Positions 1-9,170 of a stretch of 64,000 bases of DNA are shown piece after piece. The DNA lies in NCBI RefSeq assembly GCF_965656765.1, contig NZ_CBFHLV010000006.1:21195-85194 (forward strand). The letters are read 5' to 3'. The stretch comes from Marivita sp. GTDB lineage: Bacteria > Pseudomonadota > Alphaproteobacteria > Rhodobacterales > Rhodobacteraceae. A program made the translations under genes and the position numbers. How positions within the stretch are numbered: the first letter of the stretch is position 1; each line of letters begins with the position of its first letter. A model generated the notes under the pieces. It worked only from the letters and a program-made list of their open reading frames with translations. It was not told where the DNA came from and made no database searches.

Positions 1-194
1 GGATCCAACCTTGGCAATTTGCAAATCACAACAATTCATACGTCATGTGATGCCAAACGGCAGCAGGAGTGACGCTAAACGGCGTCAGTTGTGGGGTGTG
101 CTGACACAAGAATTTTGCCCGCGATGCACAGTTCAGGATGTCGCAGCATTAAAAAAATTAACACATTAGGGCTCTAAGATGGGGAACCTTTGAT

Positions 195-569
195 ATGAAA
201 CCGCAGAATATGTTCGGTGTGGTGTTGTGGTCAGACGCGGCAGCGCAAAAGGCTGTTATTTGGTGCGAAGACCAAGGCGAACTTGCATATTACACACCAG
301 GTGACGGAAGCATTCATGACGCGCCTGCGCTAGATGCAGGTGATCTCATCCAATTTGATGTGGTCGTGCAAGAAAACGTTCGAAAAGCCCGTAATCCGCA
401 GGTGCTGATGCCATCGCATTCGCCTGACTTACCGGAGAAACTGCGCGCAGGTCAGCCGGATGTTGCGCACAAAGCGGCTGTTACGCCCGTTAAAAGCTCA
501 CCAAAGGTCGTTGAATTGTCTCAGTATTTTGACATTTCTGCACAGCCAAAACTGGCGTGCTCCGGGTAA
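195..569 (+). CDS. Hypothetical protein, N-terminal cold-shock/OB-fold-like domain
   Basis: 124-aa ORF; GVVLWSD..KAVIWCED..LAY and GDLIQFDV..ENVRKARNP resemble a CSD-like beta-barrel; start could be M at 210. Confidence 0.65.
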   Translation: MKPQNMFGVVLWSDAAAQKAVIWCEDQGELAYYTPGDGSIHDAPALDAGDLIQFDVVVQENVRKARNPQVLMPSHSPDLPEKLRAGQPDVAHKAAVTPVKSSPKVVELSQYFDISAQPKLACSG

Positions 570-595
570 CGTTGTCATACCGGGATGATGTGTCG

Positions 596-612
596 GGGGG
601 CTTTCAGCCCCC
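596..612. terminator. Short hairpin between convergent genes
   Basis: GGGGGCT-TTC-AGCCCCC between the 195..569 stop and the ilvH stop; no strong U-tract. Confidence 0.4.
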
Positions 613-630
613 AGTCACTTTCATTTGATG

Positions 631-1191
631 TCAGACGCCGCGGGACAATGCGGCAACGCCGGTGCGCGCCACTTCGACGAGTCCTAACGGACGCATCAGG
701 TCTACAAACGCGTCAACCTTCTCGGGCGTACCGGTGATCTGAAATACAAAGCTCTCCAGCGTGCTGTCCACCACCTGCGCGCGGAAGATGTCAGCAAGGC
801 GCAAGGCTTCGACCCGCTTGTCGCCGGATCCTTCAACCTTGATCAGCGCCAATTCCCGTTCAACTGACCCGCCTTCGACGGTGAGATCATGCACCTCGTG
901 CACAGGTACGATACGGCCAAGCTGTGCTTTGATCTGTTCGATCACCTGCGGCGTTCCAGTTGTCACGATGGTGATGCGGCTGGTGTGTCCGGCGTGATCT
1001 ACTTCGGCAACCGTCAGGCTGTCGATGTTGTAGCCACGACCTGAAAACAGGCCGATCACCCGTGCCAGCACACCTGGCTCATTGTCGACCAGAACGGCAA
1101 GGGTGTGAGTTTCCTGCACATCGGAAAACGTTGGGCGCAGATTGTAGGCTGAATGCTTGGTCGAGCCTTTTTTGATGTTCAGTGGAGACAT
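631..1191 (-). CDS. ilvH: Acetolactate synthase small (regulatory) subunit
   Basis: ACT domain LAVLVDNEPGVLARVIGLFSGRGYNIDSL; directly downstream of the large subunit. Confidence 0.97.
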   Translation of the reverse strand: MSPLNIKKGSTKHSAYNLRPTFSDVQETHTLAVLVDNEPGVLARVIGLFSGRGYNIDSLTVAEVDHAGHTSRITIVTTGTPQVIEQIKAQLGRIVPVHEVHDLTVEGGSVERELALIKVEGSGDKRVEALRLADIFRAQVVDSTLESFVFQITGTPEKVDAFVDLMRPLGLVEVARTGVAALSRGV

Positions 1192-1194
1192 GAT

Positions 1195-1274
1195 CTTCTT
1201 CTTTTTCCAAATATGCCGGGGGTGTGGGGGCTGGCCCCCACTGAAAGGACGGTGTGTGCGGGCTGGCCCCCCAC
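1195..1274. repeat. REP-like intergenic repeat (copy 1)
   Basis: CTTCTTCTTTTTCCAAATATGCC (1195-1217) matches the reverse complement of 33994-34016 at 22/23; followed by TGGGGG-CTGG-CCCCCA hairpin and a second GGGCTGGCCCC. Confidence 0.6.
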
Positions 1275-1305
1275 GGATCAGGCCGGGCTAAACCGGCCCA
1301 AAGCC

Positions 1306-3060
1306 TTACACCATCACCGCGCCTTTGGTGCCGATAGCATCCTTGGTGCTGGCTTCACCCAGAAGCATCTTGTTGTGTGGCTCGCCCGACGGGATCATCG
1401 GGAAGCAGTTCTCATGTTTTTCGACCAGGCAGTCAAAAATGACCGGTCCGTCGTAGTCCAGCATTTCCATGATTGCATCATCAAGATCTGCCGGATCTTG
1501 GCAAAGGATACCCTTGCACCCAAACGCCTCGGCCAGCTTTACGAAATCGGGCAGGGCTTCTGACCAGGATTGCGAATAGCGTTCGCCGTGCAACAATTCC
1601 TGCCATTGGCGCACCATGCCCAAACGTTCATTGTTCAGGATGAACTGTTTGACTGGCAGGCGGTATTGTACTGCTGTGCCCATCTCTTGCATGTTCATCA
1701 GCCACGACGCTTCACCGGCCACGTTGATGACCAGCGCGTCTGGGTGCGCAACCTGCACGCCAATAGATGCCGGCGTGCCGTATCCCATTGTGCCAAGACC
1801 GCCCGAAGTCATCCAGCGGTTTGGATCTTCAAACCCAAGGTACTGCGCAGCCCACATCTGGTGTTGGCCCACTTCGGTGGTGATGTACCGATCACGGCCC
1901 TTGGTCAGTTGCTCAAGCCGATCAAGCGCATATTGCGGACGGATGGCCTTGCCCGACGGCTTATACTTGAGGCAATCAACTGCGCGCCATTGGTCGATCT
2001 GGGCCCACCATTTGCGCAAGGCTTCGCTGTTGACCTTGCGACCGCGCGCTTTCCAGACCTTGAGGATATCTTCGAGCACATGACCTACATCGCCGATGAT
2101 CGGCATGTCTGTCTTGATGACCTTGTTGATCGAGCTGGGATCAATGTCGATATGCGCCTTCTTTGACTTAGGGCTGAAGGCATCCAGACGCCCGGTGATC
2201 CGGTCGTCAAAACGGGCACCGATATTGATCATCAGATCGCATCCATGCATCGCAAGGTTGGCCTCGTAAAGGCCATGCATCCCCAGCATGCCCAACCAAT
2301 GCTTGCCCGACGCTGGATATGCGCCAAGGCCCATCAGGGTCGAGGTGATTGGCATGCCTGTCGCTTCGACCAATTCACGCAGCAACTGGCTTGCGCCAGG
2401 GCCCGAATTGATGACGCCGCCGCCTGTATAGAAGACCGGACGCTCGGCTGTCTCGATCGCTTCGACCAGCTGAGTGATGGTCTCCATGTCGCCTTTGACC
2501 TGTGGCTGGTAATGGCTGACTTTGGCTTTGGTCTTTTCAGTGTATTCGCCTGTCGCGAATTGAACATCCTTTGGAATGTCCACCAGAACAGGGCCTGGGC
2601 GGCCGGTTGTGGCCACATGAAAGGCTTCGTGGAGAACGCCTGACAGAGCGTCGGTGTCTTTGACCAGCCAGTTGTGCTTGGTGCAGGGGCGCGTGATGCC
2701 TACAGTGTCGGCTTCCTGAAACGCGTCCGAGCCGATCATAAAGGTCGGAACCTGTCCTGTAAGGACAACAATCGGGATGCTGTCCATCAACGCATCGGTC
2801 AATCCGGTCACTGCGTTTGTCGCACCGGGGCCAGAGGTTACCAGAACCACACCGGGCTTGCCGGTTGCGCGGGCATAGCCCTCGGCGGCGTGCACCGCGC
2901 CTTGTTCGTGACGAACAAGGTAATGGCGAATGCCATTCTGTTGAAAAATCTCGTCGTAAATCGGTAGCACAGCGCCACCGGGATACCCGAATACTGTGTC
3001 CACACCCTGATCCTTCAGGGCTTGAACTACCATTTTCGCTCCGGTCATTTGACGTGTCAT
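1306..3060 (-). CDS. ilvI: Acetolactate synthase 3 large subunit
   Basis: FGYPGGAVLPIYD, RHEQGAVHAAEGYAR, TSGPGATN, SGGLGTMGYG and TPP-binding motif region. Confidence 0.97.
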   Translation of the reverse strand: MTRQMTGAKMVVQALKDQGVDTVFGYPGGAVLPIYDEIFQQNGIRHYLVRHEQGAVHAAEGYARATGKPGVVLVTSGPGATNAVTGLTDALMDSIPIVVLTGQVPTFMIGSDAFQEADTVGITRPCTKHNWLVKDTDALSGVLHEAFHVATTGRPGPVLVDIPKDVQFATGEYTEKTKAKVSHYQPQVKGDMETITQLVEAIETAERPVFYTGGGVINSGPGASQLLRELVEATGMPITSTLMGLGAYPASGKHWLGMLGMHGLYEANLAMHGCDLMINIGARFDDRITGRLDAFSPKSKKAHIDIDPSSINKVIKTDMPIIGDVGHVLEDILKVWKARGRKVNSEALRKWWAQIDQWRAVDCLKYKPSGKAIRPQYALDRLEQLTKGRDRYITTEVGQHQMWAAQYLGFEDPNRWMTSGGLGTMGYGTPASIGVQVAHPDALVINVAGEASWLMNMQEMGTAVQYRLPVKQFILNNERLGMVRQWQELLHGERYSQSWSEALPDFVKLAEAFGCKGILCQDPADLDDAIMEMLDYDGPVIFDCLVEKHENCFPMIPSGEPHNKMLLGEASTKDAIGTKGAVMV

Positions 3061-3099
3061 CGCTTTGCTCCGTTTACAGACACTTCTGTTCGTTACGCG

Positions 3100-3128
3100 A
3101 AAAAAAACCCCCGCTTTTCAGTCGGGGG
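3100..3128 (-). terminator. Attenuator (intrinsic) terminator upstream of ilvI
   Basis: Minus strand CCCCCG-ACUGAAAAG-CGGGGG followed by 8 U, about 40 nt upstream of the ilvI start. Confidence 0.9.
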
Positions 3129-3152
3129 CGCATGGGATCGTATTTGGTTCCG

Positions 3153-3200
3153 TTACCGGCCCATGCGCGCTTTCTCTACAATGACTAGGACGTGTGCCAT
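3153..3200 (-). CDS. ilvL: ilvIH leader peptide MAHVLVIVEKARMGR
   Basis: ATG GCA CAC GTC CTA GTC ATT GTA ... CGG TAA; Val-Leu-Val-Ile-Val run; leader 3' end GCGCAUGGG (3168-3160) is complementary to CCCAUGCGC (3136-3128), which overlaps the terminator 5' arm. Confidence 0.88.
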   Translation of the reverse strand: MAHVLVIVEKARMGR

Positions 3201-3224
3201 GTTGGCTCATTTTCGCGTGGCGGG

Positions 3225-3253
3225 ACATTATGGCGGCCAAACGGGGGCGTCAA
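3225..3253 (-). promoter_or_regulatory. Putative sigma70 promoter for ilvL-ilvIH
   Basis: Minus strand TTGACG-N17-TAATGT upstream of the leader ATG. Confidence 0.6.
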
Positions 3254-3494
3254 CATCGAAAACCAAGAAAAAAGTACTTCAAAGCAAGATTTTCTTGTCA
3301 CTTATTACCATTTATAGCTGTCGAATTGAAATTTCCGGAAAATCACCAGCGTTTTGTGCCGCTTTTTTGCTGATTCACCGTGATGCAAACACATTGGATG
3401 TGCGTTCGCGCGCGAAGATGAGAATTGCATGTGACGTAAGGCGCTCCTTAAAGTGAACCAATCAGTTCACCTATTGCGCCGACCGGAGGCATTG

Positions 3495-3788
3495 ATGCTG
3501 GGAAAACGAAATATGCGGGCGCGGGCCTTTTCGACATGCCACGCGGCGATATTGGCGGGCTTTATCGTTGTTGCGCACATCATGGGCTTTTCCAAGTCCG
3601 GGGATGACATGCACCTCTCGGACCAAAACGTTGTTTCGCCCATTTATGATGGCGCACCTCTCATCTGTATGGCGTCTGAGAATGCATCATCCGGTCATCA
3701 TACATGCGCTTTATTTGTAAAGACCGACGCGCACCAAGGATCAGCTAGCGCCGCAACCTTCATTTGGCGCTTTGGTGTTCGCCTTTAG
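3495..3788 (+). CDS. Hypothetical protein with N-terminal hydrophobic segment
   Basis: GGAGG 5 nt before ATG 3495; 97 aa; AAILAGFIVVAHIMG hydrophobic stretch; fills an otherwise empty intergenic region; no recognisable family. Confidence 0.5.
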   Translation: MLGKRNMRARAFSTCHAAILAGFIVVAHIMGFSKSGDDMHLSDQNVVSPIYDGAPLICMASENASSGHHTCALFVKTDAHQGSASAATFIWRFGVRL

Positions 3789-4082
3789 CGCGAATTGGGT
3801 TATTCAGGATCACCCGTTTTGCGGCGAACCATTTGCAATGCGTGAACCAACCGCCAAGAATTAAGGTGTTCTGCTGCTTCATCAAGTCTTAAGGTGTGTA
3901 ATCAGAAGAAGCCGGAAAAATAGAAGAAAATCTGCTATTTGTGCCTAAAATTTATACGCATGTAAGCGCAGTTAATTATTTGCATTCAAAATTTTTTCTG
4001 ATTACCGTCCGTCCCACTAAATGATCCGCGCAAACAGCGGACTGGCTGTTTTTGTGCATCCAAAACTCAGGGGAGGAAATAC

Positions 4083-5168
4083 ATGGATCGTCGTTCATTC
4101 TTGCGGACGTCTACTGTTGGCGCAGGGGCCGCGGCAGCGACCACGCTGGCTGCACCAGCAATTGCTCAAGGCAACCGTACACTGACATTGGTCACTTCGG
4201 TGCCTGACGGCTTTGCGATCTTCGATGACGCGGCACAGCTCGCAATCGACTACATCACAACGATGACGGACGGCGCTTTGTCGTTCAACAAAATGTCCGC
4301 AGGCTCGCTCGTTGGCGCGTTCGAAGTGTTCGACGCCGTGTCCTCGGGGCAGGCCGACGTGTATCACTCGGCAGAATATTACTTCCTCAACCAGCACCCG
4401 GCTTTCGCATTCTTCACATCCGTGCCGTTCGGCATGACTGCGCAGGAAATGGCGAACTGGTATTATCGTCGTGGCGGTCAGGAACTGCATGACGAGCTGT
4501 CCGGTCTCTTTGGCCTCAAGCCTTTGATGGTTGGTCAGACAGCCATGCAGCCGGGCGGTTGGTTCAACAAAGAAATCAACTCGGTCGAAGACCTGCAGGG
4601 TTTGCGTTTCCGCATGCCGGGTCAAGGTGGTCAGGTGCTTGGTCGCCTCGGCGCATCCGTTCAGAACATTCCAGGCGGCGAAATCTACCAGGCGCTTGCG
4701 TCCGGCCAGATCGACGGTGCGGAATGGATCGGACCTTACGCAGACGAGCGTATGGGCTTCCAGGAAGTGACCAACCTTTACTACACATCGGGCTTCCACG
4801 AGCCGGGCTCGACCCTGTCGATGGTGTTCAACCAAGAGATCTGGGACTCGCTTTCGCCGTTGCACCAGAACATCTGTAAGATCGCATGTGAGGCTGCACA
4901 CGCGCAGAACACAGCACTGACACTTGCTGAAAACGGCGCGGCGCTGGCTCGTTTGCAGGCTGGCGGCGTTCAGACACGCGAATTCCCGGATGAAGTCTGG
5001 GATGCGTTTGGTTCTGCTGCGGCAGAGGTTCGCGAAGAGAACATGAGCGATCCAATGTATGCGAAAATCGCTGAGAGCTATTTTGCGTCGATGGCAGAAT
5101 CGGCCGGATGGTACGAGATTGCCGATGGCGAATTCATGCGTCAGCGTAACCGCGTAAACGCGGGCTAA
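4083..5168 (+). CDS. TRAP transporter substrate-binding protein (DctP/TakP-like), Tat signal
   Basis: MDRRSFLR twin-arginine motif; GGWFNKEINSVEDLQGLRFRMPG, GQIDGAEWIGP; strong GGGAGGA SD. Confidence 0.93.
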   Translation: MDRRSFLRTSTVGAGAAAATTLAAPAIAQGNRTLTLVTSVPDGFAIFDDAAQLAIDYITTMTDGALSFNKMSAGSLVGAFEVFDAVSSGQADVYHSAEYYFLNQHPAFAFFTSVPFGMTAQEMANWYYRRGGQELHDELSGLFGLKPLMVGQTAMQPGGWFNKEINSVEDLQGLRFRMPGQGGQVLGRLGASVQNIPGGEIYQALASGQIDGAEWIGPYADERMGFQEVTNLYYTSGFHEPGSTLSMVFNQEIWDSLSPLHQNICKIACEAAHAQNTALTLAENGAALARLQAGGVQTREFPDEVWDAFGSAAAEVREENMSDPMYAKIAESYFASMAESAGWYEIADGEFMRQRNRVNAG

Positions 5169-5192
5169 TCTGCCACTTGCAGAAATGATACT

Positions 5193-5228
5193 GGCCTCGC
5201 CCGCCCCAATATCGGGGCGGGCGGGGCC
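5193..5228 (+). terminator. GC-rich stem-loop after the TRAP SBP gene (stabiliser/partial terminator)
   Basis: GGCCTCGCCCGCCCC-AATATC-GGGGCGGGCGGGGCC, then TTT. Confidence 0.7.
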
Positions 5229-5294
5229 TTTCGACCAAAGTGACCATGATCGCCGTGTCCGTAGTGCGGGCCGCGTGTCGGGGGGACAATCCGA

Positions 5295-6206
5295 ATGATC
5301 GATTCCATTTTATGGGTGCTGCAGAATATAGCGCTGGCCCCTTATCACTTGCTTCTCGCGATCACCAATCCGGGCGCGTGGCTCAATTGGTCCAATCCCG
5401 AAGCTGTGATGCGGTTCATCTATTACGGCGCGTCCGTTGAGCTTTTCTTTGTCGTTATCGTCACCTTCTTTGTGATCACTGCGCTCGGCTTGTTCTGGAA
5501 GCGCGACATCCTTTGGTACTGTGTGCGCGTACTCGAAGGCATTGCCAATGCCGTCGGTCGAACCGCCGCATGGGCAGGGGTGTTGATGATCCTGATCCAG
5601 GTCATGATTGTTTTCCTGCAGCGCATCTTCCGCGTCGCTGAAATCCAGATTGGGCCGCTCGGAACGGCTTTGGCCTATGACCTCAGCTGGTGGGCGGAAG
5701 GTCTGAAGTTCTGGAACGCGATCGTCGTCTGCCTGTGCGTGTCCTACACGTTTGTTCAGGGCAGCCACGTCCGCGTCGACCTTGTGTATTCGGCCGTAAA
5801 GCACCGGACACGCCGCGCCATCGACATGTTTGGCAGCCTGTTCTTTATGATCCCGGCTGTCACGATCACCTACCTCTACGCATGGTTCTTCATGTGGCGT
5901 CACCTGATGACACCCACAGTAACCGCAAGCGGCGATCTTGACCGCATGTTGATGCAAAGCCGGATTTTCCGGTGGAACGTAGAGACCATCGGCTTCAGCC
6001 CTAACGGGTTCAACGCCTACTTCCTTTTCAAGATCCTGATCGTTCTTTTCTGCGTGATGGTTTTCATGCAGGCGTTTGCCTTCTTCTGGCGGTCGCTGCT
6101 TGAATTCATCGAAGGCGAAGAGAGCATTGGCAAATACTTCGACAAAGACTCGATTGGCGACGAAGCCGAAGAACTCGAGCATGCCATTCACTCTGGATCG
6201 ACCTGA
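5295..6206 (+). CDS. TRAP transporter small permease (DctQ)
   Basis: SYTFVQGSHVRVDLVY DctQ motif; multiple TM segments; between SBP and DctM. Confidence 0.9.
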   Translation: MIDSILWVLQNIALAPYHLLLAITNPGAWLNWSNPEAVMRFIYYGASVELFFVVIVTFFVITALGLFWKRDILWYCVRVLEGIANAVGRTAAWAGVLMILIQVMIVFLQRIFRVAEIQIGPLGTALAYDLSWWAEGLKFWNAIVVCLCVSYTFVQGSHVRVDLVYSAVKHRTRRAIDMFGSLFFMIPAVTITYLYAWFFMWRHLMTPTVTASGDLDRMLMQSRIFRWNVETIGFSPNGFNAYFLFKILIVLFCVMVFMQAFAFFWRSLLEFIEGEESIGKYFDKDSIGDEAEELEHAIHSGST

Positions 6207-6269
6207 GACTCATGACATTACAACGAACAACGACGCTGCAACCGGCGCGAAACTGGGGGTCTAACTAAG

Positions 6270-8624
6270 ATGCTTTTCGGACTGGACGGAGTCGAGGTCG
6301 GTATCCTCATTGTCTTCCTGACGCTCTTTGCCGGGATCATGACAGGCTTTCCGGTGGCTTTTGCCATCGCGGGGGCGGGTATGATTTCTTTCGCCATCAT
6401 TGCAGCTCTGGACTCGGCTGGGTTGCTGATCCACCAAGCCATTGACAAGGGATCACCTGAATTCGCTGCATTGGTAGCAGAAGGCATCGCCCGAGATGCC
6501 ATATCCGTGTTCCGATACCCGGACTTACCGCGTATCGAAGAACCTGTGTTTCCCGGTGGCTGGGAACAGGCGATGGACCGGAATATCTCTTTCATCGTGA
6601 ACCGGATCAACGAACGCGTTATCGCGGGGCAGTCCATCGAGACCCTGCTGGCAGTCCTGATGTTCGTTATGATGGGCATCACGCTTGAACGGTCACGCAT
6701 CGCCGAAGACCTGCTGACATCAATGGCACGCGTCTTTGGCCCGTTGCCGGGTGGCTTGGCGGTATCCATCGTCATCGTGGGCGCGTTTCTTGCAGCCTCC
6801 ACCGGCATCGTGGGTGCAACTGTTGTGACAATGGGCTTGCTGGCCTTGCCGACCATGTTGCGCAACAATTATTCGCCGGAACTGGCAACAGGAGTGATTG
6901 CGGCATCCGGCACGTTGGGGCAGATCATTCCGCCGTCCATCGTGATCGTTCTTCTCGGCACGCTGGTGGGTGACCTCTACGCAACGGGTCAAGAGACACG
7001 CGCGCAGCTCGTTGGTTGTGGCGATGCTCTGACTTTCCTTGGACAACCGGCGGTTCTGTCGGTCGGCACCTTGTTCCAGGCGGCACTCCTGCCGGGCCTG
7101 TTCCTTGCATTCCTTTACGGTCTATATGCTTTTGTCTTTGCGCTAATCCGTCCGTCCAGTGCACCGCCTGTGCAGATGGCGGGGGAAACCGGTGAAGTGA
7201 TCACCCGTAATGAAGCGTTGACTTGGTATCTTGCTGCGCCGGTGGGCCTCATTTTGGCTATTGTCATTGGCTTTAGCTCTGGTCTTATCGGCAGCCAGAC
7301 GATCTCCGTGTCTGACTATGCCGAACGCGAAGATGGGCCAAGCCTTCGGACCAACGTGTCTGAACAGTGCCAAGTGGCGATGATCGATTTGCACGGTCAA
7401 GAGGCATGGGACGAAGCCGTGGCTCAGCGTGCCGCGATGACCGAAGCTGGTGATACGGGCGAAGTCGTCGAGCTGACCGAGGAAGAGCGCACTGCAGCAC
7501 TGATCGCAGCCCGAGACAACGCAGCTCCGATTGGCTCTGGCGTTGCCACTGTATTCACATTGCTGGCGCTGGTTCTGATCCTTGCCCGTGGCGTGTCACC
7601 GTCATCTGTACCACTTCCGTTGATTGTGGGTGGCATTGGCGTGGTTCTGGCCTTCCTGTGCGACGTGATGTTCATCACGCCGCTAACGGGGTCTGGCGCG
7701 AGCTTTATGATCCTCGCGATCCCGATGGTGCTGACGATGTATGGCGTCTGGGCAGCGATGGGACGACTGTCCAAGAATGAACTGCTGCGCGTGGTCTTCC
7801 CGCCGCTTGTTCTGATCGTGGCCGTTCTGGGTTCCATCCTTGGTGGTATCACCAACCCGACCCCAGCCGCCGCCTTGGGCGCCGCTGGCGCGATAATGCT
7901 TGCCGCGTACCGCAAGCTTAGCGAAGAACAGGGCGCGTCCAAGATCGTTATCTGGGCGTCTCTGGCGCTGGTGATCATGATCCTTCTGGGCGTGAACTTT
8001 GACCTGCGCATCACGCGAGAGGTTGTCCCGGTTGAAGACTGGGTCGCGTTCGTGATCGCACAGATCGCCTATCACTTTGCGTTCTTCGGGCTGCTTTACA
8101 GTTGCTGGGTGCTGTATCGAACCAACATTCTTGGACCGGTGGTGCGGGAAACCGCGAAGGTGACGTCGATGGTGTTCACCATCTTGATCGGTTCGCAGCT
8201 TTTGAACCTCGTGCTGATCTCGTTTGGTGGCGAACATTACATTCAGGACTTCCTGCGGTCTTTTGACAATGAAACCATCGTTTTCCTTGTTGTGATGCTT
8301 ATCCTGTTCGTTCTGGGCTTTGTCTTGGACTTCCTCGAGATCATTTACATCGTGGTGCCCATCGTCGGTCCTGTGATCTACGGCGGAACGCTGGATCCGG
8401 CATGGGTCACGATCATGATCGCGATCAACCTGCAAACCTCGTTCCTGACACCACCCTTCGGATTTGCGCTGTTCTACCTCAGAGGGGTCGCCCCGAAAGA
8501 GGTGACGACCGGGCACATCTACCGTGGCGTTATCCCGTTTGTGGGCATTCAGGTGTTGGGGCTGGCCTTGCTCTGGTTCTTCCCGGGGATCGTCACGATC
8601 TTGCCGGACTTGATCCAGAACTGA
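6270..8624 (+). CDS. TRAP transporter large permease (DctM) with long central insertion
   Basis: GFPVAF, LERSRIAEDLL, ASGTLGQIIPPSI, NLQTSFLTPPFGFALFYLRG motifs; 784 aa. Confidence 0.93.
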   Translation: MLFGLDGVEVGILIVFLTLFAGIMTGFPVAFAIAGAGMISFAIIAALDSAGLLIHQAIDKGSPEFAALVAEGIARDAISVFRYPDLPRIEEPVFPGGWEQAMDRNISFIVNRINERVIAGQSIETLLAVLMFVMMGITLERSRIAEDLLTSMARVFGPLPGGLAVSIVIVGAFLAASTGIVGATVVTMGLLALPTMLRNNYSPELATGVIAASGTLGQIIPPSIVIVLLGTLVGDLYATGQETRAQLVGCGDALTFLGQPAVLSVGTLFQAALLPGLFLAFLYGLYAFVFALIRPSSAPPVQMAGETGEVITRNEALTWYLAAPVGLILAIVIGFSSGLIGSQTISVSDYAEREDGPSLRTNVSEQCQVAMIDLHGQEAWDEAVAQRAAMTEAGDTGEVVELTEEERTAALIAARDNAAPIGSGVATVFTLLALVLILARGVSPSSVPLPLIVGGIGVVLAFLCDVMFITPLTGSGASFMILAIPMVLTMYGVWAAMGRLSKNELLRVVFPPLVLIVAVLGSILGGITNPTPAAALGAAGAIMLAAYRKLSEEQGASKIVIWASLALVIMILLGVNFDLRITREVVPVEDWVAFVIAQIAYHFAFFGLLYSCWVLYRTNILGPVVRETAKVTSMVFTILIGSQLLNLVLISFGGEHYIQDFLRSFDNETIVFLVVMLILFVLGFVLDFLEIIYIVVPIVGPVIYGGTLDPAWVTIMIAINLQTSFLTPPFGFALFYLRGVAPKEVTTGHIYRGVIPFVGIQVLGLALLWFFPGIVTILPDLIQN

Positions 8625-8644
8625 TCTGACCGCAGCTAAACGTC

Positions 8645-8675
8645 AAAGGCCGCCCCGATATAGGGCGGCCTTTTT
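8645..8675. terminator. Bidirectional intrinsic terminator
   Basis: AAAGGCCGCCC-CGATATA-GGGCGGCCTTTTT between convergent dctM and cupin genes. Confidence 0.85.
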
Positions 8676-8696
8676 GGTTCACCAGACTGCTGATGT

Positions 8697-9083
8697 TTAA
8701 TCCTCGTTCGGATCGGCCTCGGCATCAGCTTTGTTCTCATGCTCCGTGCCCGGCGCATGTTCGGGTGGGGAATACGTGGTGTAGAGGCGCATCATGCCGG
8801 TGCCGGTGTTTTTAAAGTTGTGGTACTTACCCGAAGGTACAATCGCCACATCGCCCGCCGAAATGGCCATCTCGGTCTCGCCAATCTTGGCTTTGCCCAT
8901 GCCGTCCACAAAATACAAAAGCTGGTCATGGCCCTCGTGTGTTTCGCCGCCGATTTCGCCACCTTCGGGGATGGCCATCAGAACAAGCTGTGTCTTGTCA
9001 CCGGTCCAGACCACGTCACGGAATTTGTCATTGCTCCGCGCCATTTTTGCGATGGGCATTACGAGAGTGTCATGTTCAGCCAT
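8697..9083 (-). CDS. Cupin domain protein
   Basis: GGETHEGHDQLLYFVDG and GDVAIVPSGKYHNFKN cupin motifs 1 and 2. Confidence 0.9.
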   Translation of the reverse strand: MAEHDTLVMPIAKMARSNDKFRDVVWTGDKTQLVLMAIPEGGEIGGETHEGHDQLLYFVDGMGKAKIGETEMAISAGDVAIVPSGKYHNFKNTGTGMMRLYTTYSPPEHAPGTEHENKADAEADPNED

Positions 9084-9170
9084 TGTCTGTCGCTCCTTTG
9101 TATTTGCGACAAAGGAACGTACAACCGGATGTTCTGTTCCAAGAGAGTGGCCCAGGCACGCAGCCCTGAG

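Noticed and set aside
149-162. CtrA box upstream of the first gene
   Set aside because: TTAA and TTAAC are separated by 5 nt, not 7; kept only as half-sites.
3942-3984. Full NtrC site upstream of the TRAP operon
   Set aside because: Only one good half-site (TGCCTAAAAT...ACG); the right arm does not match GCA, so it was not called as a feature.
4095-8516. Long antisense ORFs over the TRAP operon (4095..4901, 5310..6191, 7424..8014, 7683..8516)
   Set aside because: Shadow frames of well-supported genes in GC-rich DNA; no motifs, no SD, atypical composition.
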